Positions 1-9,212 of a stretch of 63,432 nt of DNA are shown one piece after another; positions within the stretch are counted from its first letter, which is position 1, and every line of letters begins with the position of its first letter. The translations under genes were made by a program, and so were the position numbers. The stretch comes from a bacterium (lineage in GTDB: Bacteria; Patescibacteriota; Gracilibacteria; UBA1369; PNNO01). The DNA lies in the NCBI GenBank assembly GCA_021158225.1, contig JAGGUZ010000015.1, positions 1 to 63,432 on the forward strand, in the 5' to 3' direction. Under the pieces are notes generated by a model that worked only from the letters and a program-made list of their open reading frames with translations, was not told the DNA's origin and searched no databases.

Positions 1-1
1 A

Positions 2-304
2 ATTAGAACCGAAATTAACGGTAGTAAGGAAATGAAAACTATTAGGAAGGCTCTTAAAGCCAAAAAAGAAGTTAGTGCTGTTGGTAGTTCAGTTAATAAT
101 GTTAGTGTAGATAATCCAACCGATAATTCGGTTAAGGAACTTAAGAAAAGTCTTGATGTTGCGGATAAAGCTTTAAAGCGTCAAGACGTTGATCCTGACT
201 CGCGAAAAAAACTACTTGGCGGAATTCTTAAAAAGAAATTTGGGGATAAAAGTCAAAAATTTCTTGGTGATCATAAAGAAATAGCAGATTTGGTTACCAT
301 CTAA
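2..304 (+). CDS. Hypothetical protein, probably the 3' part of a gene that begins before the window
   Basis: The frame of ORF 32..304 stays open to the window edge (ATT AGA ACC GAA ATT AAC GGT AGT AAG GAA ATG). Lys-rich, no recognisable motif. Confidence 0.6.
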   Translation: MRTEINGSKEMKTIRKALKAKKEVSAVGSSVNNVSVDNPTDNSVKELKKSLDVADKALKRQDVDPDSRKKLLGGILKKKFGDKSQKFLGDHKEIADLVTI

Positions 305-306
305 CC

Positions 307-334
307 TTGACAAAAAATAAGAAAATAATATAAT
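307..334 (+). promoter_or_regulatory. Sigma70-type promoter
   Basis: TTGACA (307-312), 16-nt spacer, TATAAT (329-334); the ATG at 342 lies 7 nt after the -10 box. Confidence 0.7.
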
Positions 335-341
335 TATAAAA

Positions 342-3300
342 ATGTTTAAATTTTTATATTTAAAACCCGGACTAAATAAATCTTCTTATCCTCATGCGTG
401 TGTGGACGATATTTTGTGGACAGAAAGAAGAATAGTGTTTTTTGCAAATGGAAATGAGATTAATAATACCGAAGAATCGAATATAGAGTCTAAAGAAGTT
501 GAAGGGCAAACTTTTGATGATGAGCCAACTGACATTGAAAAAATAGCGATGCGTACATCAGAGAAAGCAAATAGTGTGCTTGATGTTTGGGAATATGAGT
601 TTCCTGCTGATATTGATCCTGAGAAAATAAAGGAAGCCAGAAATGTTGTTAATGAATATTATCCTGTACTTCAAAAACTTGAACAAAATGTAGACGGAAT
701 TGTTGGAGAATTGCTTGGAGAAATGGATAGTGTAGGTAATGTTGAAGCTCAAAATGTTTTATGGAAGGGTATTTACGAGGTTATTCCGGAATATACGCAA
801 AGTCAACTGCGTGGAAGTGAGTCTTTTGATTCTTCGATGGGTCCGTCTGATGCTGATAAAATTATTAAACGAAATATAATTGCAATTTGGAAAAAATACA
901 GTGATAAACCACCTTCTGTAAGCATTGTAAATGCTCAGACTGAGAAACTAACGCAAATTGTGGCAGATATTGCAAAGAATGAATTTAAGATGTTAAAAAC
1001 AATTGATAAAGTTAGAGAAGTCCTTTGGGATGTGCATGAAAAATTACAGAAACAATCGATTGAGGAAAGGCTTGTTAAAAGTGCTTCTCGTCAAGTGGGG
1101 ATCCCTTTGCGAGAAGGTCAGGAATTAGAGGGGGTTGGGATAAGATTGAAAAAAGGTTTTGAGGAAGAAAAGCCTTTTATTGATAAATTTACAAAACGTT
1201 GGAGAATTAAAGAGGTCTATGTGGATAAAATGAAACCGCCTGATCTTTCAAAAGAAGATATAAAAAAATACGGTAAAGATGAAATTCTTATGAGAGGTGT
1301 TTGGGTTGCTTTGGAAGAAAGAGGAAGTGGACGAGTTCATAGAATGTCTACTAATCGTCTGCGCGATTATATTAATATTCATGATATAAAGCCTGTAGTT
1401 CACAAGAAGAAGGAAGTCTCGAAAAATGTTCTTCATCTTAGCGAAATGGGGCTGGATGTTAAAGCGGGAGATACTTTGGAATGGGATGAAATGAAAATCA
1501 ATTCAAAAACCAATAAGCCTATTGCTGATACGCAAAAGGTTACTGTCTTATCTATTGATGACAATGGTGTTAAGTTGGATAAAAAAGTCTTGTATAGAGC
1601 TTTTTACGATAGTCCGGATCTTGCGGATCATGAATATAAAGATGATATGACTCTTGGTGAGTTTGTAAAATGGATGAATAAATACAGACCTTTGCCTTTA
1701 ATGAGACTTGAGCCTCTTCTTGAGAGATTAAATGATCATTACGAGTATATGAATAAAAAATATAAGCGTTCAAAGAATTGTCATGTTCCAATAAGTTTGG
1801 AAGTTGGAGAGATATTACATGCTGATGCTCCCGGAAATCCGTTGTTCGAGGTTGAGGAAGTTGATGAATTAAAAGGAGAGATAAAACTTAAGAAAAATAG
1901 AACTTTCACTTTTCCGCAATTTCTAAGATGGGTTTATGAAAATGATATAGAACCGTACGATCCTGAACTTGAAGCGGAAAAAATGAAAACTTACTTTAAA
2001 GCAGGTAAAAAATCTGTTAATCGTGCCAGGGAAGATGCAAAGGAAACGATAGATGGTTTCCAAAAAACCGGAATTTGGCGAGATACGCTTAAAAAACTTA
2101 GAGAAAAAGGAGTTAAAGGTATAGTTGAACCGGATGTCCCTCTTCGTGGAGATGAATCTGTTGGTGCAGAAAAACAAAGTTACAGCAGGATTGCTCAATG
2201 GCTTAGAGAGACTCAGTGGCTTAGATTGGACGATATATTTAAAATGTTTACAAGCGGATGGGAATATTTTGTTCGTAATTGGGAGAGAAGACAAAAATCA
2301 AGATATTCTTCGGTTGGTAAAAATGTTCCGTGGTTTGGAACGGAATTTGAACGTATTAATCAACAAGCGGAAACGGAGGAAGTAAGCCAGTTTAAAGAGG
2401 CAATGGACCAATGGGGTGTGCCTCAAATTGAAGAGACTCTTTATGAAACAGACAATCAAGATCAAGCAAAAGCATGTTTCAATGTGCTTGCGGAAAAAGG
2501 TATGCTTAGATGGGATGATAAACGATTATACAATGCTCTTAACAAGTTCACGGATATTAATCATAAGCTTCCTATTCCAACAGGTGATCCGTATGAAAAG
2601 TTCGGTCCCGGATCAGGTAAGTTTAATGGACAACCGATTGAAGGAAAAAATGTGATTGATTTTCTTCAAGATACTATTGATTCAATATGGGGGGAAGGGT
2701 CTTATATTGGATGGAAACGTCAGAATGACGGTTCCATAGAAAGTGCTATTCAGCAATCGTATAATAAAGCTGAAGAACTTGAAAATGATCCGAAAAATGT
2801 TGGAGGTATTGCGAAAGAACTTTCCAATCTACTTACAAGGCATATGAATGGTGAGTGGATAGATCCTACTGAATACGAAGGACTTTTAAGGTTTATTATT
2901 GAGTCCGGAAAAGCTGGAGGAGGGGATAAGATATATTATCTTCTTATGGGAGTAAATGCTCGAAATGATGATGGAAGAACAATTCTTGGATGGGAACGTG
3001 TTGGACGTTTTGTAAGTAAATATTCAAATCAATTTCCGGCACTTGATTATTTTAGTTCGTCAAATCATGACCCCAAAAGAGACTTTACTACCGGAGAAAT
3101 GTTTGATTCTTCCTTTGTAAGATCAGATTTTGATAGCCTTACTGATAGATGGAAGGCTAACGGAAAAGAAAAAGGGTTTTTTTCTTCGGAGTATACAGAT
3201 GCGACAGCCTTTTTAAAAAATAACATATTAACATCTGATACGGTGCAGCTTCGTCTTGAGAAAGCTATAAGAAATGCTCAGAATATGGATCATGATGATA

Positions 3301-3992
3301 CGCCATTTTATATTCCGGCTCTTAATGATTCCGAAATGGAATCCATATGTGATTCAACCGGTGGAGCTACAAAAAAGTTTACAATTCAGGGTTACAAAAA
3401 TGCATATGTCGGTTTTGGAATGAGAATGGATGCATTGGTTGATAGATATGATGAGGAAAAGCAATTTGAGGATAACGGTAAGGTTGGATATTCCGCATCT
3501 TATACCAGAAAATTAATAACATCATTTAAGTCGTATATGAATTATGATGGGATCTTAGATGGTCGTTTTAAAAAGAAAAGAGGAGCAAGTTTACAGAGGT
3601 TGGGGGCTAGTGATTATCAAACGGGATGTGTTTGGGATGGCAATAGACCTCTTAAAAGATATCAAGATGAGATGAAAGGACTTATTATTGAAATTGCTAA
3701 TGCATATGGGCGTGGGGATGACGCCAATTTGGTTGAATTACCGTTTAAAAAAGGTGCTCCGGAAACTGCGATTCAGTATTTCGGACCAAGATTTGAAAAA
3801 ATGATTATGGATGATGATCAAGGAGCAAAACTTATTGAAATTGTTAGAAAACATAAATTTCTTTCCGATGACTTGACCATTGAAGATGCCACTACGAGAT
3901 TTAGGAATAAGGCTAAAATGTATGAATATGATTCGAGTAGTCTTAACGAATGGTTGCCGGAAGGAGAAGGGCAAAGAGGAGATAATGAATAA
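342..3992 (+). CDS. Large hypothetical protein (1216 aa) with three internal repeats and a helical C-terminal half
   Basis: Long uninterrupted ORF with a consensus promoter. No catalytic motif, signal peptide or TM segment recognised. Confidence 0.85.
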   Translation: MFKFLYLKPGLNKSSYPHACVDDILWTERRIVFFANGNEINNTEESNIESKEVEGQTFDDEPTDIEKIAMRTSEKANSVLDVWEYEFPADIDPEKIKEARNVVNEYYPVLQKLEQNVDGIVGELLGEMDSVGNVEAQNVLWKGIYEVIPEYTQSQLRGSESFDSSMGPSDADKIIKRNIIAIWKKYSDKPPSVSIVNAQTEKLTQIVADIAKNEFKMLKTIDKVREVLWDVHEKLQKQSIEERLVKSASRQVGIPLREGQELEGVGIRLKKGFEEEKPFIDKFTKRWRIKEVYVDKMKPPDLSKEDIKKYGKDEILMRGVWVALEERGSGRVHRMSTNRLRDYINIHDIKPVVHKKKEVSKNVLHLSEMGLDVKAGDTLEWDEMKINSKTNKPIADTQKVTVLSIDDNGVKLDKKVLYRAFYDSPDLADHEYKDDMTLGEFVKWMNKYRPLPLMRLEPLLERLNDHYEYMNKKYKRSKNCHVPISLEVGEILHADAPGNPLFEVEEVDELKGEIKLKKNRTFTFPQFLRWVYENDIEPYDPELEAEKMKTYFKAGKKSVNRAREDAKETIDGFQKTGIWRDTLKKLREKGVKGIVEPDVPLRGDESVGAEKQSYSRIAQWLRETQWLRLDDIFKMFTSGWEYFVRNWERRQKSRYSSVGKNVPWFGTEFERINQQAETEEVSQFKEAMDQWGVPQIEETLYETDNQDQAKACFNVLAEKGMLRWDDKRLYNALNKFTDINHKLPIPTGDPYEKFGPGSGKFNGQPIEGKNVIDFLQDTIDSIWGEGSYIGWKRQNDGSIESAIQQSYNKAEELENDPKNVGGIAKELSNLLTRHMNGEWIDPTEYEGLLRFIIESGKAGGGDKIYYLLMGVNARNDDGRTILGWERVGRFVSKYSNQFPALDYFSSSNHDPKRDFTTGEMFDSSFVRSDFDSLTDRWKANGKEKGFFSSEYTDATAFLKNNILTSDTVQLRLEKAIRNAQNMDHDDTPFYIPALNDSEMESICDSTGGATKKFTIQGYKNAYVGFGMRMDALVDRYDEEKQFEDNGKVGYSASYTRKLITSFKSYMNYDGILDGRFKKKRGASLQRLGASDYQTGCVWDGNRPLKRYQDEMKGLIIEIANAYGRGDDANLVELPFKKGAPETAIQYFGPRFEKMIMDDDQGAKLIEIVRKHKFLSDDLTIEDATTRFRNKAKMYEYDSSSLNEWLPEGEGQRGDNE

Positions 3993-4020
3993 AGGATTAC
4001 TGCATAGCATAACAGGGGGC

Positions 4021-4048
4021 TTGACAAAAGCAATAAAGATGTTACAAT
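4021..4048 (+). promoter_or_regulatory. Sigma70-type promoter with extended -10
   Basis: TTGACA (4021-4026), 16-nt spacer, TG-T-TACAAT (4040-4048), upstream of the ATG at 4076. Confidence 0.65.
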
Positions 4049-4075
4049 GGGAGCCTTTAATTCATTGTAGTATTT

Positions 4076-6187
4076 ATGAGTGACAAAAAAAATGAATCTG
4101 ATATAATCGGCCAGGCTCAAGTTTCAGTAATATGTGATTCTGATGATATGTCTAGGGATTTGCCAATGCAAAGTGCTATAGATGTTGTTGCAAGGTCAAT
4201 GAGAAATGCCGAGAAAAAGCGTCAAGAAACTGCTGTAAATGCAGATATTTTTGCTAAATCATTAAGACGATTTCTTTTGAATCATGATTTGTTGAGCGAT
4301 GATGATGATCGTAAAGTATCTCGATCTTTCTTTAATGTTGTTCCTAGATTAGCGAAAGAAGCTTTTGTTAGATTAAGAGAGCAATCTCCGTCATATAAAG
4401 ATCTTTATGATGAATTGGATAAACTGATCTCTAATGTTTCCGTCACAATGAATAGAAATTGTCTTTATTCGGAAAACGAACTTAGTGATCTTACAGATGC
4501 ATTAATGGGTTATGTTTGGAAAACTCCGATTCGTCCATATATTAGAAATATGTTATTGAGAGAAACAGCTATAAAATCTATTGATTTGCTTGCTTTATGG
4601 CATAGCGCTGTTGATACGGAAGGTTTAACGCGGGAAGAGGCTATAAAACAGCTTGAGTATTGCGGTGAGAGGGCTAACGATGTCTCTAAAATATTTACAA
4701 GCAATAATACAACTTATTTTTGTGAAGAAGTTGAAGATATAAACGATATACAGCAATTACAAGAGATATGGAATAATGAAGATGGTTATAGTTCTGTAAG
4801 TTGGGAGAAAAAACATGGATCTTTTGTGAAATCCAGTTTGATGTATGCAATTCACATGATTGATGGGACTATAGATCGGAAGGAAACTAAAATGGTTATG
4901 CAGGAGATAAAGAGAAGGGTTAATGCAGTTTGTACCGACATAGATAGTGGCAGAATATTGATAAATCCTACAAATGAAGGGAAAATAGGTCCAAATAGCC
5001 TAGTTGTTGATAATATTGATTTTAATTCAAAAGACACTGTAAGTGAATATTTGAAATTTTTAACTAAATTATTAAGTGATAATATCCCGCCTGACGTTCA
5101 TACAACTTCCGATAGACACAGGTTTAGGGCTTACTTGCCTGAAGATCCAAGAGAATCTCATCCTTCATTTAAAAATCTTCCAAAAGAAGTTGCGGAAATT
5201 ACATCTGCAACAAAATGGATGGCTATTATAATGATGCTTTTTGGAACAACTGTTGATAAAAGAAATATAAGAAATTCAATTAATACGGGACATGGAATTA
5301 ATGGAAACAGTGGGAGAGTTCATAGAGCTCTTCAATGGAAGGGAGCTGTTTTTATTGATAAATATCCCGATGGAAGACTAAGAGAGAAAGCAAAAGCGTA
5401 TATGTATGAAGCTCAAGGGCTTTGTTTTGTACCTGAGGGAAGCTATGAAGCTGATATTGCTGAATATACGGAGAAAAAAAGGTTTAAAGTACGGGAGGTT
5501 CTTGGTGTTGGAGTAAGTTTTGCGGAAGATACATTAAATCTTTGTGATGTGTTTGCTAATCGATATAGATTTTTAAACGATAGTCCCGAGGCGAGAGAGC
5601 TTGCGGAAGCAACTTTTGGTTATAAGATGATAGGGGTTCCGTTTATGAAGGAGACTGTAGCAAATAAAATACTTGGTAGACTTACAAGTGATGATTCTAC
5701 TACTAAAGAGATCTTTAAAAATTTGTTTCAGGAACAATCTAATAGAAGAAAACTTATGCAAACTCTTTTGGAAATGGAATCTTATCTTTCTGGTCTAAAG
5801 AGACATTATTTGCTTATGAGGAGTCAACAATTGCTTCAGATAGCAAGTCGAATTATTGAGGATCAAAGTCTTGTATCAAAAATCGCCGAATTTAACAGGC
5901 GTTTAATAAGCGGACAGTTTGTTGAAAGGCTTGATGTAGATAATCGAATTCGAGCTTTACGAGAGGCATTTAGAGAATATTATATTCTTCGCGAATTTGA
6001 TGAACATGACAACGAGAATCGTGCTCACATGGAAAATCTTCTAAATGAACTTAGTCAAATTGCAAAAAATGGACCTTCTGGGCTAGATTTCAAATTAAGA
6101 CAAGTTAAACAGCTTTATTTAACGGAGAATACTGATAAGAATCAGGACTTAGCTAATCCCGATCAATTATCTCTTTTTGAAGATTAG
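4076..6187 (+). CDS. Hypothetical protein (703 aa); possible divergent RelA/SpoT-like nucleotidyltransferase core and C-terminal QLSLF motif
   Basis: Long ORF with its own promoter. Motifs in order: SKDTVSEYLK, SDRHRFRAY, NGNSGRVHRAL, YEAQG, ADIAEYTEKK. Ends DQLSLFED. The function call is tentative. Confidence 0.75.
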   Translation: MSDKKNESDIIGQAQVSVICDSDDMSRDLPMQSAIDVVARSMRNAEKKRQETAVNADIFAKSLRRFLLNHDLLSDDDDRKVSRSFFNVVPRLAKEAFVRLREQSPSYKDLYDELDKLISNVSVTMNRNCLYSENELSDLTDALMGYVWKTPIRPYIRNMLLRETAIKSIDLLALWHSAVDTEGLTREEAIKQLEYCGERANDVSKIFTSNNTTYFCEEVEDINDIQQLQEIWNNEDGYSSVSWEKKHGSFVKSSLMYAIHMIDGTIDRKETKMVMQEIKRRVNAVCTDIDSGRILINPTNEGKIGPNSLVVDNIDFNSKDTVSEYLKFLTKLLSDNIPPDVHTTSDRHRFRAYLPEDPRESHPSFKNLPKEVAEITSATKWMAIIMMLFGTTVDKRNIRNSINTGHGINGNSGRVHRALQWKGAVFIDKYPDGRLREKAKAYMYEAQGLCFVPEGSYEADIAEYTEKKRFKVREVLGVGVSFAEDTLNLCDVFANRYRFLNDSPEARELAEATFGYKMIGVPFMKETVANKILGRLTSDDSTTKEIFKNLFQEQSNRRKLMQTLLEMESYLSGLKRHYLLMRSQQLLQIASRIIEDQSLVSKIAEFNRRLISGQFVERLDVDNRIRALREAFREYYILREFDEHDNENRAHMENLLNELSQIAKNGPSGLDFKLRQVKQLYLTENTDKNQDLANPDQLSLFED

Positions 6188-7934
6188 TTAGGAATTTCTC
6201 CGCTTTTACAGTCTCTTGTTTTTTGGTCTTATAGTTGCGAATAGCCAAACTTTTTGCCTTAACCTCCTTGTCTCCGACAACAGCCATATATGGGATTTTT
6301 TTCATTTCTGCGAGCCTGATTCTTTTCCCGAGAGTATCGGTTGAATTATAAAGTTTGGCTCGTATCCCTTTTTCTTTCAGTTTTTTCAAGATTTCTTCCG
6401 CATATTTCTCGTGTGCTTGTGCAACCGGAATTATTACAACAGGTATTGGAGCCAGCCAAGCCGGGAACGCTCCTCCGTAATGTTCTATTAAAACGCCTAT
6501 AAATCGTTCTAAAGAACCAAGTAGAGCCCTGTGAATCATAAACGGTGTATGATTTTTTCCATCTTCGCCAACATAAGCCATACCGAATCTGGTTGGTAAA
6601 TTAAAATCAAACTGAATTGTTGATAATTGCCATTTTCGTCCTATTGAATCAGCTACTTTTACATCAATTTTAGGCCCGTAAAATACAGCTCCTCCTATGT
6701 CATATATATAATCTTTAAATCCGGATGCCTCTAAGACTTCTTTTAAAGTATTTTCGGCTTGTTTCCATAATTTGTCTTCACCAATAAACTTGCTTTTGTT
6801 CTCCGGATCTCGCACGCTTACATTCATTTCAATATCTTTAAATCCAAATGTATTTAAGATGTAAAGCGTTAGTTTAAGAGCTTTTTCAAGTTCTTCTTTA
6901 AGCTGATCCGGTCTGCATATAATATGGGCATCATCTTGCGTGAATCCTCTAACTCTTGTTAGTCCATGTAAAGTCCCACTTCTTTCATATCTGTAAACTG
7001 TTCCCATTTCTGTCCATCTAAAAGGTAATTCTCGGTAACTTCTTGTTGATGAATTGTACATTTTCACATGCAATGGACAGTTCATCGGTTTAAGCTTGTA
7101 TTCTTCTTCGTCGATAGTTAACGATCCGTACATACTGTCACTATAGAAGTCCAAATGGCCTGAATGACTCCAAAGCGCGACATTTGCTATATGTGGAGTA
7201 CTTACAGGGTCATATCCATTTTCCAAGTATGTATTAAAAGCGAATTCCATTACTTTATGTCTTATATAGGCTCCATTTGGTAACCAAAGTGGCAAACCGG
7301 CTCCTACTTCTTCGTCGAACATAAATAAATCAAGATCTGTTCCAAGCCGTCTGTGGTCTCTCTTTTTTGCTTCCTCCATTTGTTTTAAGTAGTCGTCCAA
7401 TTCTTTTTGCGTTGTGAAACAAACAGCGTAAATTCTTTGTAACATAGGTCTTTTTTCATCTCCGCGCCAATATGCACCTGCCGTATGAGTAAGTTTAAAA
7501 GGTCCTATTTTAGAGGTTCCTTCCAAATGTGGACCTTCACACATGTCAACAAAAGTCATTTCACCTTTCTGGTTTATATTCTCGTAAAAAGTAATTTTAT
7601 CGAAACCCTCTTTTTTAAGATCATTTGAGGCTTCAACTTTGTAATCTTGATTTATTTTCTCCAAATAACTTATTGATTCATCAACATTTTTTTCCACCAA
7701 TTTAAATTTTTGATTTTGCTTTACGATATGTTTCATTTTCTTTTCCAAAATTGGTAAATCTTCCGGAATTAAGGTTCTTGGAAGATCAAAATCGTAATAA
7801 AATCCGTTCTCAATAGCAGGTCCGAACCCAAGTTTTGCTTCCGGAAACATCTCAAGAACGGCTTGTGCAAGTACATGAGCGCAAGAATGTCTCATTTTTT
7901 CCACATCCGGTGTTGCTGAAGTCTTTTTAGCCAT
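6153..7934 (-). CDS. thrS: Threonine--tRNA ligase (no N-terminal TGS domain)
   Basis: RHSCAHVLAQA, DMCEGPH, GAYWRGD, RDHRRLG, LKPMNCPLH, RYERSGTLHGLTRVRGFTQDDAH, FYGPKID, IHRALLGSLERF. Confidence 0.98.
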   Translation of the reverse strand: MAKKTSATPDVEKMRHSCAHVLAQAVLEMFPEAKLGFGPAIENGFYYDFDLPRTLIPEDLPILEKKMKHIVKQNQKFKLVEKNVDESISYLEKINQDYKVEASNDLKKEGFDKITFYENINQKGEMTFVDMCEGPHLEGTSKIGPFKLTHTAGAYWRGDEKRPMLQRIYAVCFTTQKELDDYLKQMEEAKKRDHRRLGTDLDLFMFDEEVGAGLPLWLPNGAYIRHKVMEFAFNTYLENGYDPVSTPHIANVALWSHSGHLDFYSDSMYGSLTIDEEEYKLKPMNCPLHVKMYNSSTRSYRELPFRWTEMGTVYRYERSGTLHGLTRVRGFTQDDAHIICRPDQLKEELEKALKLTLYILNTFGFKDIEMNVSVRDPENKSKFIGEDKLWKQAENTLKEVLEASGFKDYIYDIGGAVFYGPKIDVKVADSIGRKWQLSTIQFDFNLPTRFGMAYVGEDGKNHTPFMIHRALLGSLERFIGVLIEHYGGAFPAWLAPIPVVIIPVAQAHEKYAEEILKKLKEKGIRAKLYNSTDTLGKRIRLAEMKKIPYMAVVGDKEVKAKSLAIRNYKTKKQETVKAEKFLTNLQKEIIDRD

Positions 7935-8039
7935 TTATATAAAGGTCAATAATATTATGTCATTATTGATAGTAGACAAATAGCCCTATTGAGTCAACAC
8001 GCTCCGTTTGTTATTATGCAGAAGATTAAAAGCGAAAAT

Positions 8040-9131
8040 ATGTGGCTTAAGACAATATCTCTGGAACACTTTCGTAATTACGAGAAATTAAAAATAGATT
8101 TTAATAAGGATGACAAAGTTCATCTTATTATTGGGGAAAATGCCCAAGGTAAGACGAATTTCCTTGAAGCTATTTTGCTTTTATCGATGGCAAAATCTTT
8201 TAGATCTATTCATTATAACGATCTTATTAAGTGGGATAGCGATTATATGAGAATTACCGGTAAAACAAAAATTGTAGATGAAGACTTATCACTCGAATTT
8301 TTTGTTAGCAAAAAACCCGTGGAAAAAAAGAATTTCAGAAAAAATGGTGTAGATATAAAAGTAAGAGAATTTATAGGACATCTGAATACTGTACTTTTTC
8401 ATCCGGAAGATTTAAATATGCTTTATTTAACACCGGCTCTTAGAAGAAAATATATAAATACCGTTTTGTCGCAGATAGATCCCCTTTATTTTGATGCAAT
8501 AATTAATTATAACAAGATTTTAAAACAAAGAAACAAGATATTAATGTTTATTTCAGAAGGACATACTAAAAATGATGAACTTTTTGTTTGGGATGAGAAA
8601 ATGGCTGAATATGGATCATATATTTACAAAAAACGGCAAGAATTTATAAATTATTACAATAATATGATTTCCGAACAATATGAGAATATTGCCGGAGAAG
8701 ATGAAAAAATTGAAATTAGAAATATTTGTAGTTTTGGTGATGTGCCTTTTTCCAAGGAAGATTATTTAAATGTCTTGGGGACTTGTCAGTCAAAGGATTT
8801 ACGTTATCAACAAACACAAAGTGGACCCCATAGAGATGATTTACGATTCTTTTTTAATGGAAAAAATGTTGATACTTTTGCTTCTAGAGGGGAAATGAGA
8901 ACACTTTTAATAGCAATAAAACTTGCGGAAATACAGTTCTTACAGGCGCAAACAGGTCATAGGCCTATTTTGTTGCTAGACGATGTTTTTTCCGAATTGG
9001 ATAAAAATAGGCAACAGTTGTTATTAAAGGCAATAAAAGGGTATCAATCTTTTGTTACAACAACTCATCATGATTTTTCAATTGATGAAGCGCGTATAAT
9101 GGAAATTAAATCTGGGGCATTATTAGATTAA
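8040..9131 (+). CDS. recF: DNA replication and repair protein RecF
   Basis: FRNY, Walker A GENAQGKTN, GPHRDDL, FASRGE, LLLDDVFSELD. The ATG at 8040 (MWLKTISL) fits the usual RecF N-terminus better than the TTG at 7989. Confidence 0.95.
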   Translation: MWLKTISLEHFRNYEKLKIDFNKDDKVHLIIGENAQGKTNFLEAILLLSMAKSFRSIHYNDLIKWDSDYMRITGKTKIVDEDLSLEFFVSKKPVEKKNFRKNGVDIKVREFIGHLNTVLFHPEDLNMLYLTPALRRKYINTVLSQIDPLYFDAIINYNKILKQRNKILMFISEGHTKNDELFVWDEKMAEYGSYIYKKRQEFINYYNNMISEQYENIAGEDEKIEIRNICSFGDVPFSKEDYLNVLGTCQSKDLRYQQTQSGPHRDDLRFFFNGKNVDTFASRGEMRTLLIAIKLAEIQFLQAQTGHRPILLLDDVFSELDKNRQQLLLKAIKGYQSFVTTTHHDFSIDEARIMEIKSGALLD

Positions 9132-9212
9132 TTGTATTTTAAAGATTACGCTTAATTCTAGCTGAAAAGTCAAGAATATGTTATAATACAGTTGTATATA
9201 GCATGTTTTTTT

